DNA of 59,977 nucleotides. Origin: a virus. Taxonomy: Duplodnaviria > Caudoviricetes. The stretch is from IMG/VR virus record IMGVR_UViG_3300047281_000067, positions 1 through 59,977 of that record, one strand, 5' to 3'. Under the pieces are notes generated by a model. It searched no databases and had not been told where the DNA came from. It saw only the letters and a program-made list of their open reading frames with translations. The position numbers were made by a program, and so were the translations under genes. Positions 29,602 through 38,070 of the stretch are shown piece after piece. Within the stretch, counting starts at the first letter, position 1. Each line of letters opens with the position of its first letter.

Positions 29602-29676
29602 GCTCGTTTAGCACAGCGGTAGTGCGCTATCTCGACAAGATAGAGGTCAAAAGTTCAAATCTTTTAACGAGTACCA
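29602..29676 (+). tRNA. tRNA-Val(GAC), C33
   Basis: loop TCGACAA, CCA. Confidence 0.85.
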
Positions 29677-29694
29677 ATCAACATAAGGAATTAT

Positions 29695-29868
29695 ATGAGC
29701 AAAGGCGACCGCCCAAGAAAACCCACAATTCCATTAGTGGAATTTAATAGCAAACTAGATACGATCTTCGGTGTAAAGCCGCCGAAAGAGCGATGGGTTG
29801 CTCCTCCCCTCCCAGTAGATGAACCAGTTGTAAAGAAAAACATCTGGGCATCTGATAAAGAAGTTTAA
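29695..29868 (+). CDS. small hypothetical protein (MSKG..PR family)
   Basis: AAGGA RBS; MSKGDRPRKPTI..., similar to the ORF at 37141. Confidence 0.6.
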   Translation: MSKGDRPRKPTIPLVEFNSKLDTIFGVKPPKERWVAPPLPVDEPVVKKNIWASDKEV

Positions 29869-29968
29869 TAAAGAAAGACTATATGAAGCGAAGTTCAGCT
29901 AAACTATAGTGTCCCTTGGATCTCCGTATGGTCTAGGGTGGCACGTAAAAGAAAACTAATACGAACAC

Positions 29969-30043
29969 CCATGCTAAACTTTAGTGGTGAAGTAACCGGC
30001 TCTTAACCGGAGGAACAGAGTTCGAGTCTCTGAGCATGGACCA
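29969..30043 (+). tRNA. tRNA-Lys(CUU)
   Basis: loop CTCTTAA, CCA. Confidence 0.87.
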
Positions 30044-30045
30044 TA

Positions 30046-30120
30046 CGGGGTATAATTCAATGGTTAGAATAGTCGGCTTTTAACCGATCTATCACGGTTC
30101 GAGTCCGTGTGCCCCGACCA
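30046..30120 (+). tRNA. tRNA-Lys(UUU)
   Basis: loop CTTTTAA, CCA. Confidence 0.92.
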
Positions 30121-30228
30121 TAAGCAAGCACATTATTTAAAAAGGAACGCAAGTTCTAGGCATAGCCAATGGCATCGTAACGGTGGGTAGTGTGCTTACT
30201 TATGGTAACAACAAGATAAGAGAAAAAT

Positions 30229-30477
30229 ATGTTTAAAGTTTATTATACTGATCCAATCACTGATTCCTCTCATGCTCACAATGTTGCTTCATTGAATGAA
30301 GCACTACGCCATACAGAAGGGTTTCGCAAACTAGGCATGACCTTTGTTACTATGGTAGCAGAGGATCCAAATCAAGTTGGTAAGTCTGGCGTTGATTCAA
30401 TCGTAGATGGCAAGTGTCCGGACGGCGTTGCTTACGATTGGAATAAGTCCAGTCGCATTGGCGCAACAAGACGATAA
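30229..30477 (+). CDS. conserved hypothetical protein
   Basis: FVTMVAEDPNQVGKSGVD...YDW motif. Confidence 0.7.
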   Translation: MFKVYYTDPITDSSHAHNVASLNEALRHTEGFRKLGMTFVTMVAEDPNQVGKSGVDSIVDGKCPDGVAYDWNKSSRIGATRR

Positions 30478-30491
30478 CGATAAATAATTTC

Positions 30492-31835
30492 ATGCCTAAT
30501 AAAAATATATTTTGTTCTAGTCCATGGTTACATATTAAAATTGACTACGATGGAAGATTTGTTCCGTGTCGATGGCAGTCAACAATCAATCCTGAAGTTG
30601 ATTCTAGCAATTTACGCTCAATGAGTATCTTAGAATTTTACAATTCATCTAGAATGAACCAGTTTAGAAGCAATCTTTTAGAAGGTTCTGACCTAACTGA
30701 ATGTTCTTCATGTAAGTATGAAGATTCATTCGAAAAGGTAAGTGGTAGATTAAAACAGTTATATCGCAGTGGTATTGCTATCGAATCATTTGATCGAGAC
30801 TTTTCAAAAAGTCATCACTATGAATTGTTTAACTACAGTACTGATAACAATGGTCAAACTAATGCCTACCCGTACGATTTTCAAATTAATTTGAGTAATG
30901 TGTGTAATAGTGCTTGTATTATGTGTGCTCCGCATTTTAGTACTCGTCTAGTTCAAGATTATCAGAAACTATCAAAATTCGCCCCGGTATTATTTAAACA
31001 ACCAAAAAAAATTAATTGTTGGGCAGATGATCCTTCACTCGTCGAAAAATTTATACGTGATATTAAAGAATTACCGTACATTGATTATATACATTTGTTG
31101 GGCGGTGAAACTCTCTTATTAGAAAGTTTTTACACAATATGTGATGCATTGATTGAATCCGGACTATCAAAAACTATTTATTTAGGTACTACTACTAATT
31201 TAACAGTGTATTCACCTAAAATTGAAAATATTGTTACTAAGTTCTCTAAATTTCACTTAGGATTGAGTATTGAATCAGTTAATCCGTTGAATGATTATAT
31301 TAGATATCCGTCTAAGATCACTGGCATATTAGAAAATTTATCAAAATATTTATCCCTAAGAGATAAATATCCGGACAAACTACACATGTCATTGCGCATC
31401 ACTCCTAATATTTTTAGTATTTTTTATATTGATGAAGTTATACAATATATGTGTGATAATGACATAACTGGCGAAAGTTGTAATATATTGATTCGTCCTG
31501 AATGTTTGCGAATGGAATTAATGCCGGAAAATATACGATTGCTCACTATTGAAAAACTTAACGCAGTGATTAACAAAAATGAATTGTCTCGGGCCAAAGT
31601 AGTAAATATTCGAGACAATAATCTAACGCGAGAAGTGATTTCCACTATTGCGTTCACATACGTTGATTTCTTAGAAAATCTAGTTCTACCGTCGGACGGT
31701 GAAAAACAACGACATGATCTAGTAACATTCCTTCATGGATTTGAGTCTATAAGAGGAAATTCAATATTAGACTATGCCCCGGAGTATGAAACATTTCTAA
31801 AAGCATATGGTTATACGCGCCCACTTGACATTTAA
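30492..31835 (+). CDS. radical SAM protein with N-terminal twitch/SPASM-like domain
   Basis: FCSSPW..PC, ECSSC, CNSACIMC, LGGETLL, YIRYP. Confidence 0.88.
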   Translation: MPNKNIFCSSPWLHIKIDYDGRFVPCRWQSTINPEVDSSNLRSMSILEFYNSSRMNQFRSNLLEGSDLTECSSCKYEDSFEKVSGRLKQLYRSGIAIESFDRDFSKSHHYELFNYSTDNNGQTNAYPYDFQINLSNVCNSACIMCAPHFSTRLVQDYQKLSKFAPVLFKQPKKINCWADDPSLVEKFIRDIKELPYIDYIHLLGGETLLLESFYTICDALIESGLSKTIYLGTTTNLTVYSPKIENIVTKFSKFHLGLSIESVNPLNDYIRYPSKITGILENLSKYLSLRDKYPDKLHMSLRITPNIFSIFYIDEVIQYMCDNDITGESCNILIRPECLRMELMPENIRLLTIEKLNAVINKNELSRAKVVNIRDNNLTREVISTIAFTYVDFLENLVLPSDGEKQRHDLVTFLHGFESIRGNSILDYAPEYETFLKAYGYTRPLDI

Positions 31836-32203
31836 TGCGAATGCTGCTATAATAGACACATACGATAAGAAAGCAACTTCTAATCAGTTTGAAAGAACAG
31901 AAAAAGAGGTTGACATTTAATCAAAACGGTGTTATAATTAATACTTAGACAGCAGCAAGTGAGAAACAATGACAACTTCAACTAAAGTAATACAAGTTTG
32001 TAAAGAGAACAAAGTTCTTAAATTCATTACAACCCGTTTATTTGTAATCATTCTTGGGCTGTTGATTATCAGTAAAGGATTGGTTAATCCAACTAAAATG
32101 TTGGCTCAACTTGAAAATTCACTTGACAATTAATCAAAACGGTGTTATAATAGACACATAGCAGAAAATGATAGAGTTAACTGCTAAACGATCTTTAAAA
32201 AGT
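31825..32203 (+). promoter_or_regulatory. three sigma70 promoters (-35 at 31825, 31910, 32123) with boxA-like element
   Basis: TTGACA-17-TATAAT three times; 32123-32163 duplicates 25427-25467; gatctttaaaaa at ~32190. Confidence 0.8.
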
Positions 32204-32217
32204 TAGAAAATAATTTA

Positions 32218-32291
32218 CCCGGATAGCTCAGTGGTAGAGCAGTACCTTGATAAGGTATTGGTCGCAAGTTCAAATCTTGCTCCGGGTACCA
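32218..32291 (+). tRNA. tRNA-Ile(GAU)
   Basis: loop TTGATAA, CCA overlapping a conserved hairpin. Confidence 0.93.
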
Positions 32292-33631
32292 TATTGAAAT
32301 GCATTAGATACCTTTTAACATACGTTCGCCCGGCGCTCTTGTATGTTAGATACCTTTTAGTGTGTTTCAATATGGTAACAAAGGAGTAATTACCCTTAGC
32401 CAGAATCGGAATTGATCATCCGATAACCTCGCACTCTTCTAGTGGTCAGGAAGCCCTTTGGGAAACGTTGGTTCGATTCCAACATGCAATGAGGTTGCTA
32501 TATTAAAGTACATTCGATCAGCAACCGTTTCGCACTGCTTTCGGTCAATGTTTTAGTGAATGTACTTTAATATGGTAAGTTGATTGAATCGTGGTTAACT
32601 CCACCAGACCGAAACGTCTAGAGCGTGTCGAAGTAAGATTCCAGCTGCCATATTAAAACATATTTCGTGTTAGGGGTAAGCCGTATAACGTTTTCGGACA
32701 CGGGTCAAGTATGTTTCAATATGGTGATAGCTTAGTAGGAGAGTGCAGCGTTGTCGCGCTGCGGGCATAGGTGCAAATCCTGTTCACTGTTTAGGTTCCG
32801 GTGTAAGGTCATTCCTTACCGTAAACGTCAGCGTTAGGCGTGACATCCTTGAAGAGACAGGGGCCATATATAAACACACATAAGTGACTGGTTAGTCCCA
32901 GACTCCACGTGTAAGACTGGTATAAGTGTGTTTTTATATGGTGACCTCAAGTCCAAAGGAAGGAAAGGGCGTGTTTGAATGGACAAATTGCAGTTCCTTC
33001 TAGGGTCCGGCTTGTCAGCTTTGGGGCGGCGCACCATTCTATATTAAAACACATTGCCGAAGTTGGTTCGGTTAGACAGGGAGATCCAATTGCCCATGTC
33101 GTTAGTGTGTTTCAATATGGTATATCAGTTTTTAGTGAGTCATATACGGGACTGCCACTCGCGGGATACTGAGACTCGGAATCTCGGACACTAATTACAG
33201 AAGCAGTGCTAGGTGCATCTGGCATTGTTGATACACCATATTAAAATACATTAGAGAAGAAACTCCATATCACCCAGGGAAGGATATGGTTTGACGGCAC
33301 AGACTAGGAGGTGTAGCAATACATCGGCGATGCTTGCTAGTGTATTTTAATATGGTCCTTGTATAATCCACTGAAGTTTGATTTTTCTAGATACAGTTAA
33401 ACATAGGGTCTAGGTAGTTTAGGATTATCTGTTATATTTGAGGCATTAGATATAACGTGTTGTGGGTTCAAGGCCTACCAAGGATCACCATATTAAAGCA
33501 TACTCACCGACCATTTAAAATTGACACGGAGGTAAAGCTAGGTTTTGTCAATGCTACCTAGTGGAGTATGTTTTAATATGGTAAAGCAAATTGAGTTCAA
33601 TGGTCACACGCCCTTGCTCATTATGAAAGTT

Positions 33632-33752
33632 GCCATAGTTGAATACATTGTTTAGCTCAGTCGGTAGAGCGACCACTATTATACTAGTTACGTGGGGATA
33701 AATTGTCACAGAGCGCGGGTTCGAGTCCCGCAATAGTGTATTCAACTATGGT
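33632..33752 (+). ncRNA. tRNA-like RNA whose acceptor stem is the ~20 bp conserved hairpin
   Basis: D arm tagctcagtcggtagagc and T arm gcgggTTCGAGTcccgc stacked on gccatagttgaatacattgtt/aatagtgtattcaactatggt. Confidence 0.65.
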
Positions 33753-35068
33753 ATGTCACAGATGAAAATTATCATCCTTCGAAAGATGATTACAGTAATC
33801 TAAGATAAGCAGCGGAGCAATAGAGACTAGAGGGCTGCCGGCCCACCGTGCTCAGATGCTAACACGAGTAAATGCATGGAAAATGTTAGATGCTTGACAG
33901 ACCATATTAAAACACACAAAGGTAGTTGCAACTACTGATGTTGGTATAGCTCTTACTCGCAGAGTGAGCAAGCGGTTCGATTCCGCAGTGTGTTTTAATA
34001 TGGTATTCAAGTCGAGCGGGATTAAGTTCAGTCGGTGCGTAATAGCACAGAACATGTAGCTGGTAAATGGTGCAGGCAGTTGGTATAGTACCCAATAAGT
34101 AAAAACATTAGCCTGATTAAATAGCCCGTGGCGACCTACTTGGTATCATTTCAATAATTAGTCCCGCCAAGCCTACACGAACATTTCCCTAGTTTGTGTG
34201 GCTCAAACCGGTCGAGGTAGATGTAAGCTCTATCATTAAAAATGTACATACTACTGGCGCAGTGTGACAGGATTTCTAGCCCGAGGATTGTCGTCCAAGA
34301 AATGCGGAACAACAAGAGTGAAAACTTTTGCCGACTCAGAAGACACTGTGGAGATCATCTTAGGGGATGGTCGCCATAGTTGAATACATTGTCAAGTGCC
34401 TGACTGAAACGGGCGTCGAGTACGTAGAACGTGGGAAGAAGGTGCGGAAGAAGGTGCAAATCCTTCATACTCTATTTCAGACTTGCTAGTGTATTCAACT
34501 ATGGTTAGTATCAGAGGATGGGAACGAAACAGGGTTGCTAGTCACAATCAATGTCGTGAACGGGTGCTGAGAAGTTTCGAGAGCAGGCCTGACCGCTGGA
34601 GGGTAGAAACACCATATAAAAACATTTTTGACGGGGAAGGTGCTGCAACTAAAAGCGGTAATTACTTCGGTCCTCTGGTAGGGGCGAAACGTTCTTTGTA
34701 CCAGCATTGAACTAATATTGAAAATGTTTCTATATGGTCAGTTGAGAAGATTGGGTAATCTCTTAGACATTCAACTAAGAGGCCATATTAAAATACATTG
34801 ATTGTGATTTGCTTACGGAGCGACTCCGTTAGAATCCGTTAAACGATAAAAGCATAAAGGTTAAAGTCCTTTACGGTGTGTTTTAATATGGTGATAGTTT
34901 AATGATAGAACGGCGGGCACACAGGTTAAGACGCCTACTCGTATATGCAGGTTCAATTCCTTCTCACCATTTAGAAAATAGTTCCGGGTTTGTTTACCCC
35001 GCGGAGAACACGGCGGTTTTGTTGAGATTATAATCTCAACAACTCAGGGAGCCTAACGTAAACACACT

Positions 35069-35144
35069 GGAGCAGTAACATAGCGGCTAATGTATCTCCC
35101 TGTCTAGGAGACTATCGTGGGTTCGAGTCCCATCTGCTTCGCCA
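35069..35144 (+). tRNA. tRNA-Asp(GUC)
   Basis: loop CTGTCTA, GCCA. Confidence 0.9.
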
Positions 35145-35179
35145 ATTTTAAATTGTCATTAGTTATGAATGATAAATAA

Positions 35180-35515
35180 ATGTATATGATTGAAAATCGA
35201 CGAGGACGGCTAAGATACTATCTTAGAGATGCTAAACTAAGGGCTAAGAAAAAATCATTACCCTTTGACTTAGATTTAAATTTTTTAGATTCTATCGCCA
35301 CTGATAAATGTCCAATTTTTGGGACAGCGTTTATTTTTGGAGAAGCAACTAAGTTGTCACCGACTTCTCCGTCTTTAGATCGAATTATTCCATCTAAGGG
35401 ATATGTTAGGGATAATGTTGTTTTTATTAGTCATCGGGCAAATACAATAAAGCATAATGTAGTTGGGCCGGATGACTTATATAAGGTAGCTGATTGGTTA
35501 AGTAGTAAAATATAG
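35180..35515 (+). CDS. putative His-Me finger (HNH-like) endonuclease
   Basis: CPIFG...SPSLDRIIPSKGYVRDNVVFISHRAN. Confidence 0.7.
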   Translation: MYMIENRRGRLRYYLRDAKLRAKKKSLPFDLDLNFLDSIATDKCPIFGTAFIFGEATKLSPTSPSLDRIIPSKGYVRDNVVFISHRANTIKHNVVGPDDLYKVADWLSSKI

Positions 35516-35520
35516 AATAA

Positions 35521-35608
35521 GGAAGATTGGCAGAGTGGCCGATTGCATCAGTCTTGAAAACTGAAGGCTCGAAAGGGTCCGAGAGTTCGAATCTCTCATC
35601 TTCCTCCA
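35521..35608 (+). tRNA. tRNA-Ser(UGA)
   Basis: loop CTTGAAA, long variable arm, CCA. Confidence 0.95.
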
Positions 35609-35635
35609 GCATAAATACTAAATCAGGAGTGACAA

Positions 35636-35869
35636 ATGATTTTAGTAGAACAGTTAGTTGAGTTAGCAGAAGAAATTGAAATAGGTGACCCAATTGATTG
35701 GGGTATGCTTGATGTTAGTGAGCATGAAGCGTATATGTTAATTGCGCCGAGTGTTTTGGAAAACTTTAACTTGACAGAAGTTAAACATCGTGATATAATG
35801 ATGTTAGCAACGATAGTTAAGTTGACGGTAGAAAATTTTGCTTTAAATCTAACGCTGTTACAACGATGA
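35636..35869 (+). CDS. hypothetical protein
   Basis: AGGAG RBS, 77 aa. Confidence 0.65.
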   Translation: MILVEQLVELAEEIEIGDPIDWGMLDVSEHEAYMLIAPSVLENFNLTEVKHRDIMMLATIVKLTVENFALNLTLLQR

Positions 35870-35897
35870 TAATTAATACCAAGTAAGGTACTAGATA

Positions 35898-36695
35898 ATG
35901 CCACAAGATATACACTTACTTTATTCCGGCGGATCCGGAGGATTTTTTTGTCTACACTTATTGTTATTGACAGGTAAATATAATTGTAAATTTAATTGTG
36001 ACACACAAGACTATCAAACTATTTTTAAAAATCACTGGAATATAAATTCTGACCATTGGAAAAAATCAGAAATTTGGCCGCTAAATTCAAACACATTTGA
36101 GTCAAATCTGACAAATAAATTGTATTATACATGTAATCCAAAAGGTGATGCTCTTACGCGATTTAATGGAACAACAATTGTTCTATATACTGATATCGAA
36201 ACTCAGTGGTTTTTAGCAAAAACAAAACATGCTCTATGGTTTACCAAAGATGAAACTTTTAAAGAACAACGTTTGTGTTCATTAAAAGAACATCAGCGTA
36301 ATCAATTTATATTATTGTATTACCAAGTGAAGGCTCCTGACTGGCCATTGTGTAATTCTATAGAGGAATTTTTTAATCTTCCCGAAGTCATACAGCATGA
36401 GTGTATAGATCAATTTAATTTCAATGACGTATTAGATATTGACAAGTTTTTGATACAATTTAAAGAGTCTGGTTCAATTACATATAATGGTGAAAAGATA
36501 ACACGTCTTTTAAAAACTGATATAGATATTGACGAGGCAGACATACGTATTAAATTACATGACCTAATTAAAACTAAAGGTGAAGTATTATTTGAACAAT
36601 TGGGAATACACGGTAACGAAAAGACTAGAGATTTTGTAGATATGTATATACAATTGCATACTCCGGAGCAACAGCAGTATTTGTTAAAAAAATAA
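35898..36695 (+). CDS. hypothetical protein
   Basis: 265 aa; YSGGSGGFF N-terminal loop, YYQVKAPDWP motif. Confidence 0.65.
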   Translation: MPQDIHLLYSGGSGGFFCLHLLLLTGKYNCKFNCDTQDYQTIFKNHWNINSDHWKKSEIWPLNSNTFESNLTNKLYYTCNPKGDALTRFNGTTIVLYTDIETQWFLAKTKHALWFTKDETFKEQRLCSLKEHQRNQFILLYYQVKAPDWPLCNSIEEFFNLPEVIQHECIDQFNFNDVLDIDKFLIQFKESGSITYNGEKITRLLKTDIDIDEADIRIKLHDLIKTKGEVLFEQLGIHGNEKTRDFVDMYIQLHTPEQQQYLLKK

Positions 36696-36742
36696 ATATA
36701 ACGCTGTTACAGCGGTGATAAATAAGTATTGTTAAGTTAATT

Positions 36743-36827
36743 GCCCCTTTGGCGGAATTGGTAGACGCGCCAGATTTAGGTTCTGGTATCGAGAGGTGTA
36801 GGAGTTCGAGTCTCCTGAGGGGCACCA
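36743..36827 (+). tRNA. tRNA-Leu(UAG)
   Basis: loop TTTAGGT, long variable arm, CCA. Confidence 0.95.
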
Positions 36828-36875
36828 AATATATATTAAAGCGCATTAAGTGTTCTTTGCTATATAAGAATTTGT

Positions 36876-36951
36876 GGGGGTGTAGCTCAGCTGGGAGAGC
36901 GACTGCTTTGCAAGCAGTAGGTAGCGGGTTCGAGTCCTGTCACCTCCACCA
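36876..36951 (+). tRNA. tRNA-Ala(UGC)
   Basis: G3-U70, loop TTTGCAA, CCA. Confidence 0.95.
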
Positions 36952-36958
36952 AGTATTA

Positions 36959-37032
36959 CGCGGGTAGGGTAGTCACCACACCGGTCTCATAAGCCAGGTG
37001 CATCGGCAGTGCGAATCTGTCACCCGCATCCA
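36959..37032 (+). tRNA. initiator-like tRNA-Met(CAU), atypical D arm
   Basis: C1:A72 mismatch, loop CTCATAA, T loop TGCGAAT, CCA. Confidence 0.7.
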
Positions 37033-37036
37033 ATTT

Positions 37037-37112
37037 GGATCCTTAACTCAGTTGGTAGAGTGTTGCGTTTACATCGCAAATGTCGGCGGTTCGAGCCCGT
37101 CAGGATTCACCA
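37037..37112 (+). tRNA. tRNA-Val(UAC)
   Basis: loop TTTACAT, CCA. Confidence 0.93.
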
Positions 37113-37140
37113 TATATTTTTAACCATGGAGTTCACACAA

Positions 37141-37302
37141 ATGAGCAAAGGCAGTACCCCGAGACCAATCAGTGTCTCTAATCAAGAATACTCCCAGCGT
37201 TGGGATGCTATTTTTGCCAAAGAAACCCCTGTCACACAGAATGAAGAAAAAACAGTAACTGACAATATCGTTCAGCCTGTTGAAGAAACTAAAGGAAAAT
37301 AA
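37141..37302 (+). CDS. small hypothetical protein (MSKGSTPRP)
   Basis: GGAG RBS; related to the ORF at 29695. Confidence 0.65.
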   Translation: MSKGSTPRPISVSNQEYSQRWDAIFAKETPVTQNEEKTVTDNIVQPVEETKGK

Positions 37303-37303
37303 A

Positions 37304-37513
37304 ATGCCAGAACAATGTAGCGAAGGTGCTAAAACCGCAGTTGGTAATCGTTATGATCTAGTTCTTATTGCGGCTGCCCGCATTCGAGAATTGCGAAAAG
37401 GACATTTACCTAAGGTAACTTGTAAGAACACAGTTACTGTTACTGCTCTTAAAGAAATTGAAGCCGGATTTATCGGTCGAGACTATCTAAAAAAAGTTAG
37501 AATCATATCTTGA
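37304..37513 (+). CDS. rpoZ: RNA polymerase omega subunit homolog
   Basis: VGNRYDLVLIAAARIREL...TVTALKEIEAG; AAGGA RBS. Confidence 0.88.
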   Translation: MPEQCSEGAKTAVGNRYDLVLIAAARIRELRKGHLPKVTCKNTVTVTALKEIEAGFIGRDYLKKVRIIS

Positions 37514-38067
37514 AAACAATAATTCTTTTAGCATTAAAAGAAGAGGCTCCGTCATTAGGAGCCTATTCCAATGTGTTCTTTACTGGTGTAGGTAAAGTAA
37601 ATGCGGCTAGTATGACTGCTATGCTCATTGAACGTCACAAGCCAGACCGGATTATAAACTTTGGTACTGCTGGTGGAATCACTGTACACTCAGGGCTACA
37701 CCAAGTGTCAAAATTCGTTCAACGTGACATGATATGTTGCGAACTAGGAAGTAAACCTGGACAAACCCCATTCGAATCTAAATATGAAATAATTTTGAAT
37801 ACAGGCGGCAATGGTCTTACTTGTTCAACCGGTGATAACTTTGTAACCGACTCTAATTTACAAATACCAGCTGATGTAGTGGACATGGAAGCATACGCCA
37901 TTGCGAAAGTGTGTCAGAGGAATTTAGTAGAATTTTTATGCTACAAATATATCAGTGACGGTGCCAATGAAGATTCATTCGCTCAGTGGCATGAACTTGT
38001 CGCCACCGGCGAACAATCCTACATTGATACACTGCGCGATTTAAAAGTCGAAATCATCAATCAGTAA
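37510..38067 (+). CDS. MTA/SAH nucleosidase-like (PNP_UDP_1) protein
   Basis: TGVGKVNAA, INFGTAGG, STGDNF, VDMEAYA, KYISDGA. Confidence 0.88.
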   Translation: MKTIILLALKEEAPSLGAYSNVFFTGVGKVNAASMTAMLIERHKPDRIINFGTAGGITVHSGLHQVSKFVQRDMICCELGSKPGQTPFESKYEIILNTGGNGLTCSTGDNFVTDSNLQIPADVVDMEAYAIAKVCQRNLVEFLCYKYISDGANEDSFAQWHELVATGEQSYIDTLRDLKVEIINQ

Positions 38068-38070
38068 AAT

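Larger units (their letters stand above)
19675..34892 (+). repeat. dispersed family of ~21 RNA hairpins closed by a conserved stem (RCCATATTRAARYAYA ... TRTRYTTYAATATGGT)
   Basis: copies at about 19675, 25217, 25598, 25687, 25768, 28798, 29049, 30117, 32288, 32497, 32647, 32862, 33039, 33235, 33487, 33632, 33901, 34373, 34610, 34782; compensatory and G-U pairs. Confidence 0.85.

Noticed and set aside
32288-34892. CRISPR array
   Set aside because: The repeats are inverted arm pairs, degenerate and irregularly spaced, the inserts are structured and of variable length, and no cas genes occur in the window
32288-34892. MITE, shufflon or integron attC elements
   Set aside because: Arm mismatches are strand-specific G-U pairs; no target-site duplications, GTTRRRY cores or recombinase are visible; not fully excluded without read data
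19251-37140. Many 60-130 aa track ORFs over the RNA island
   Set aside because: They overlap tRNAs and hairpins, lack RBS and have non-protein-like composition
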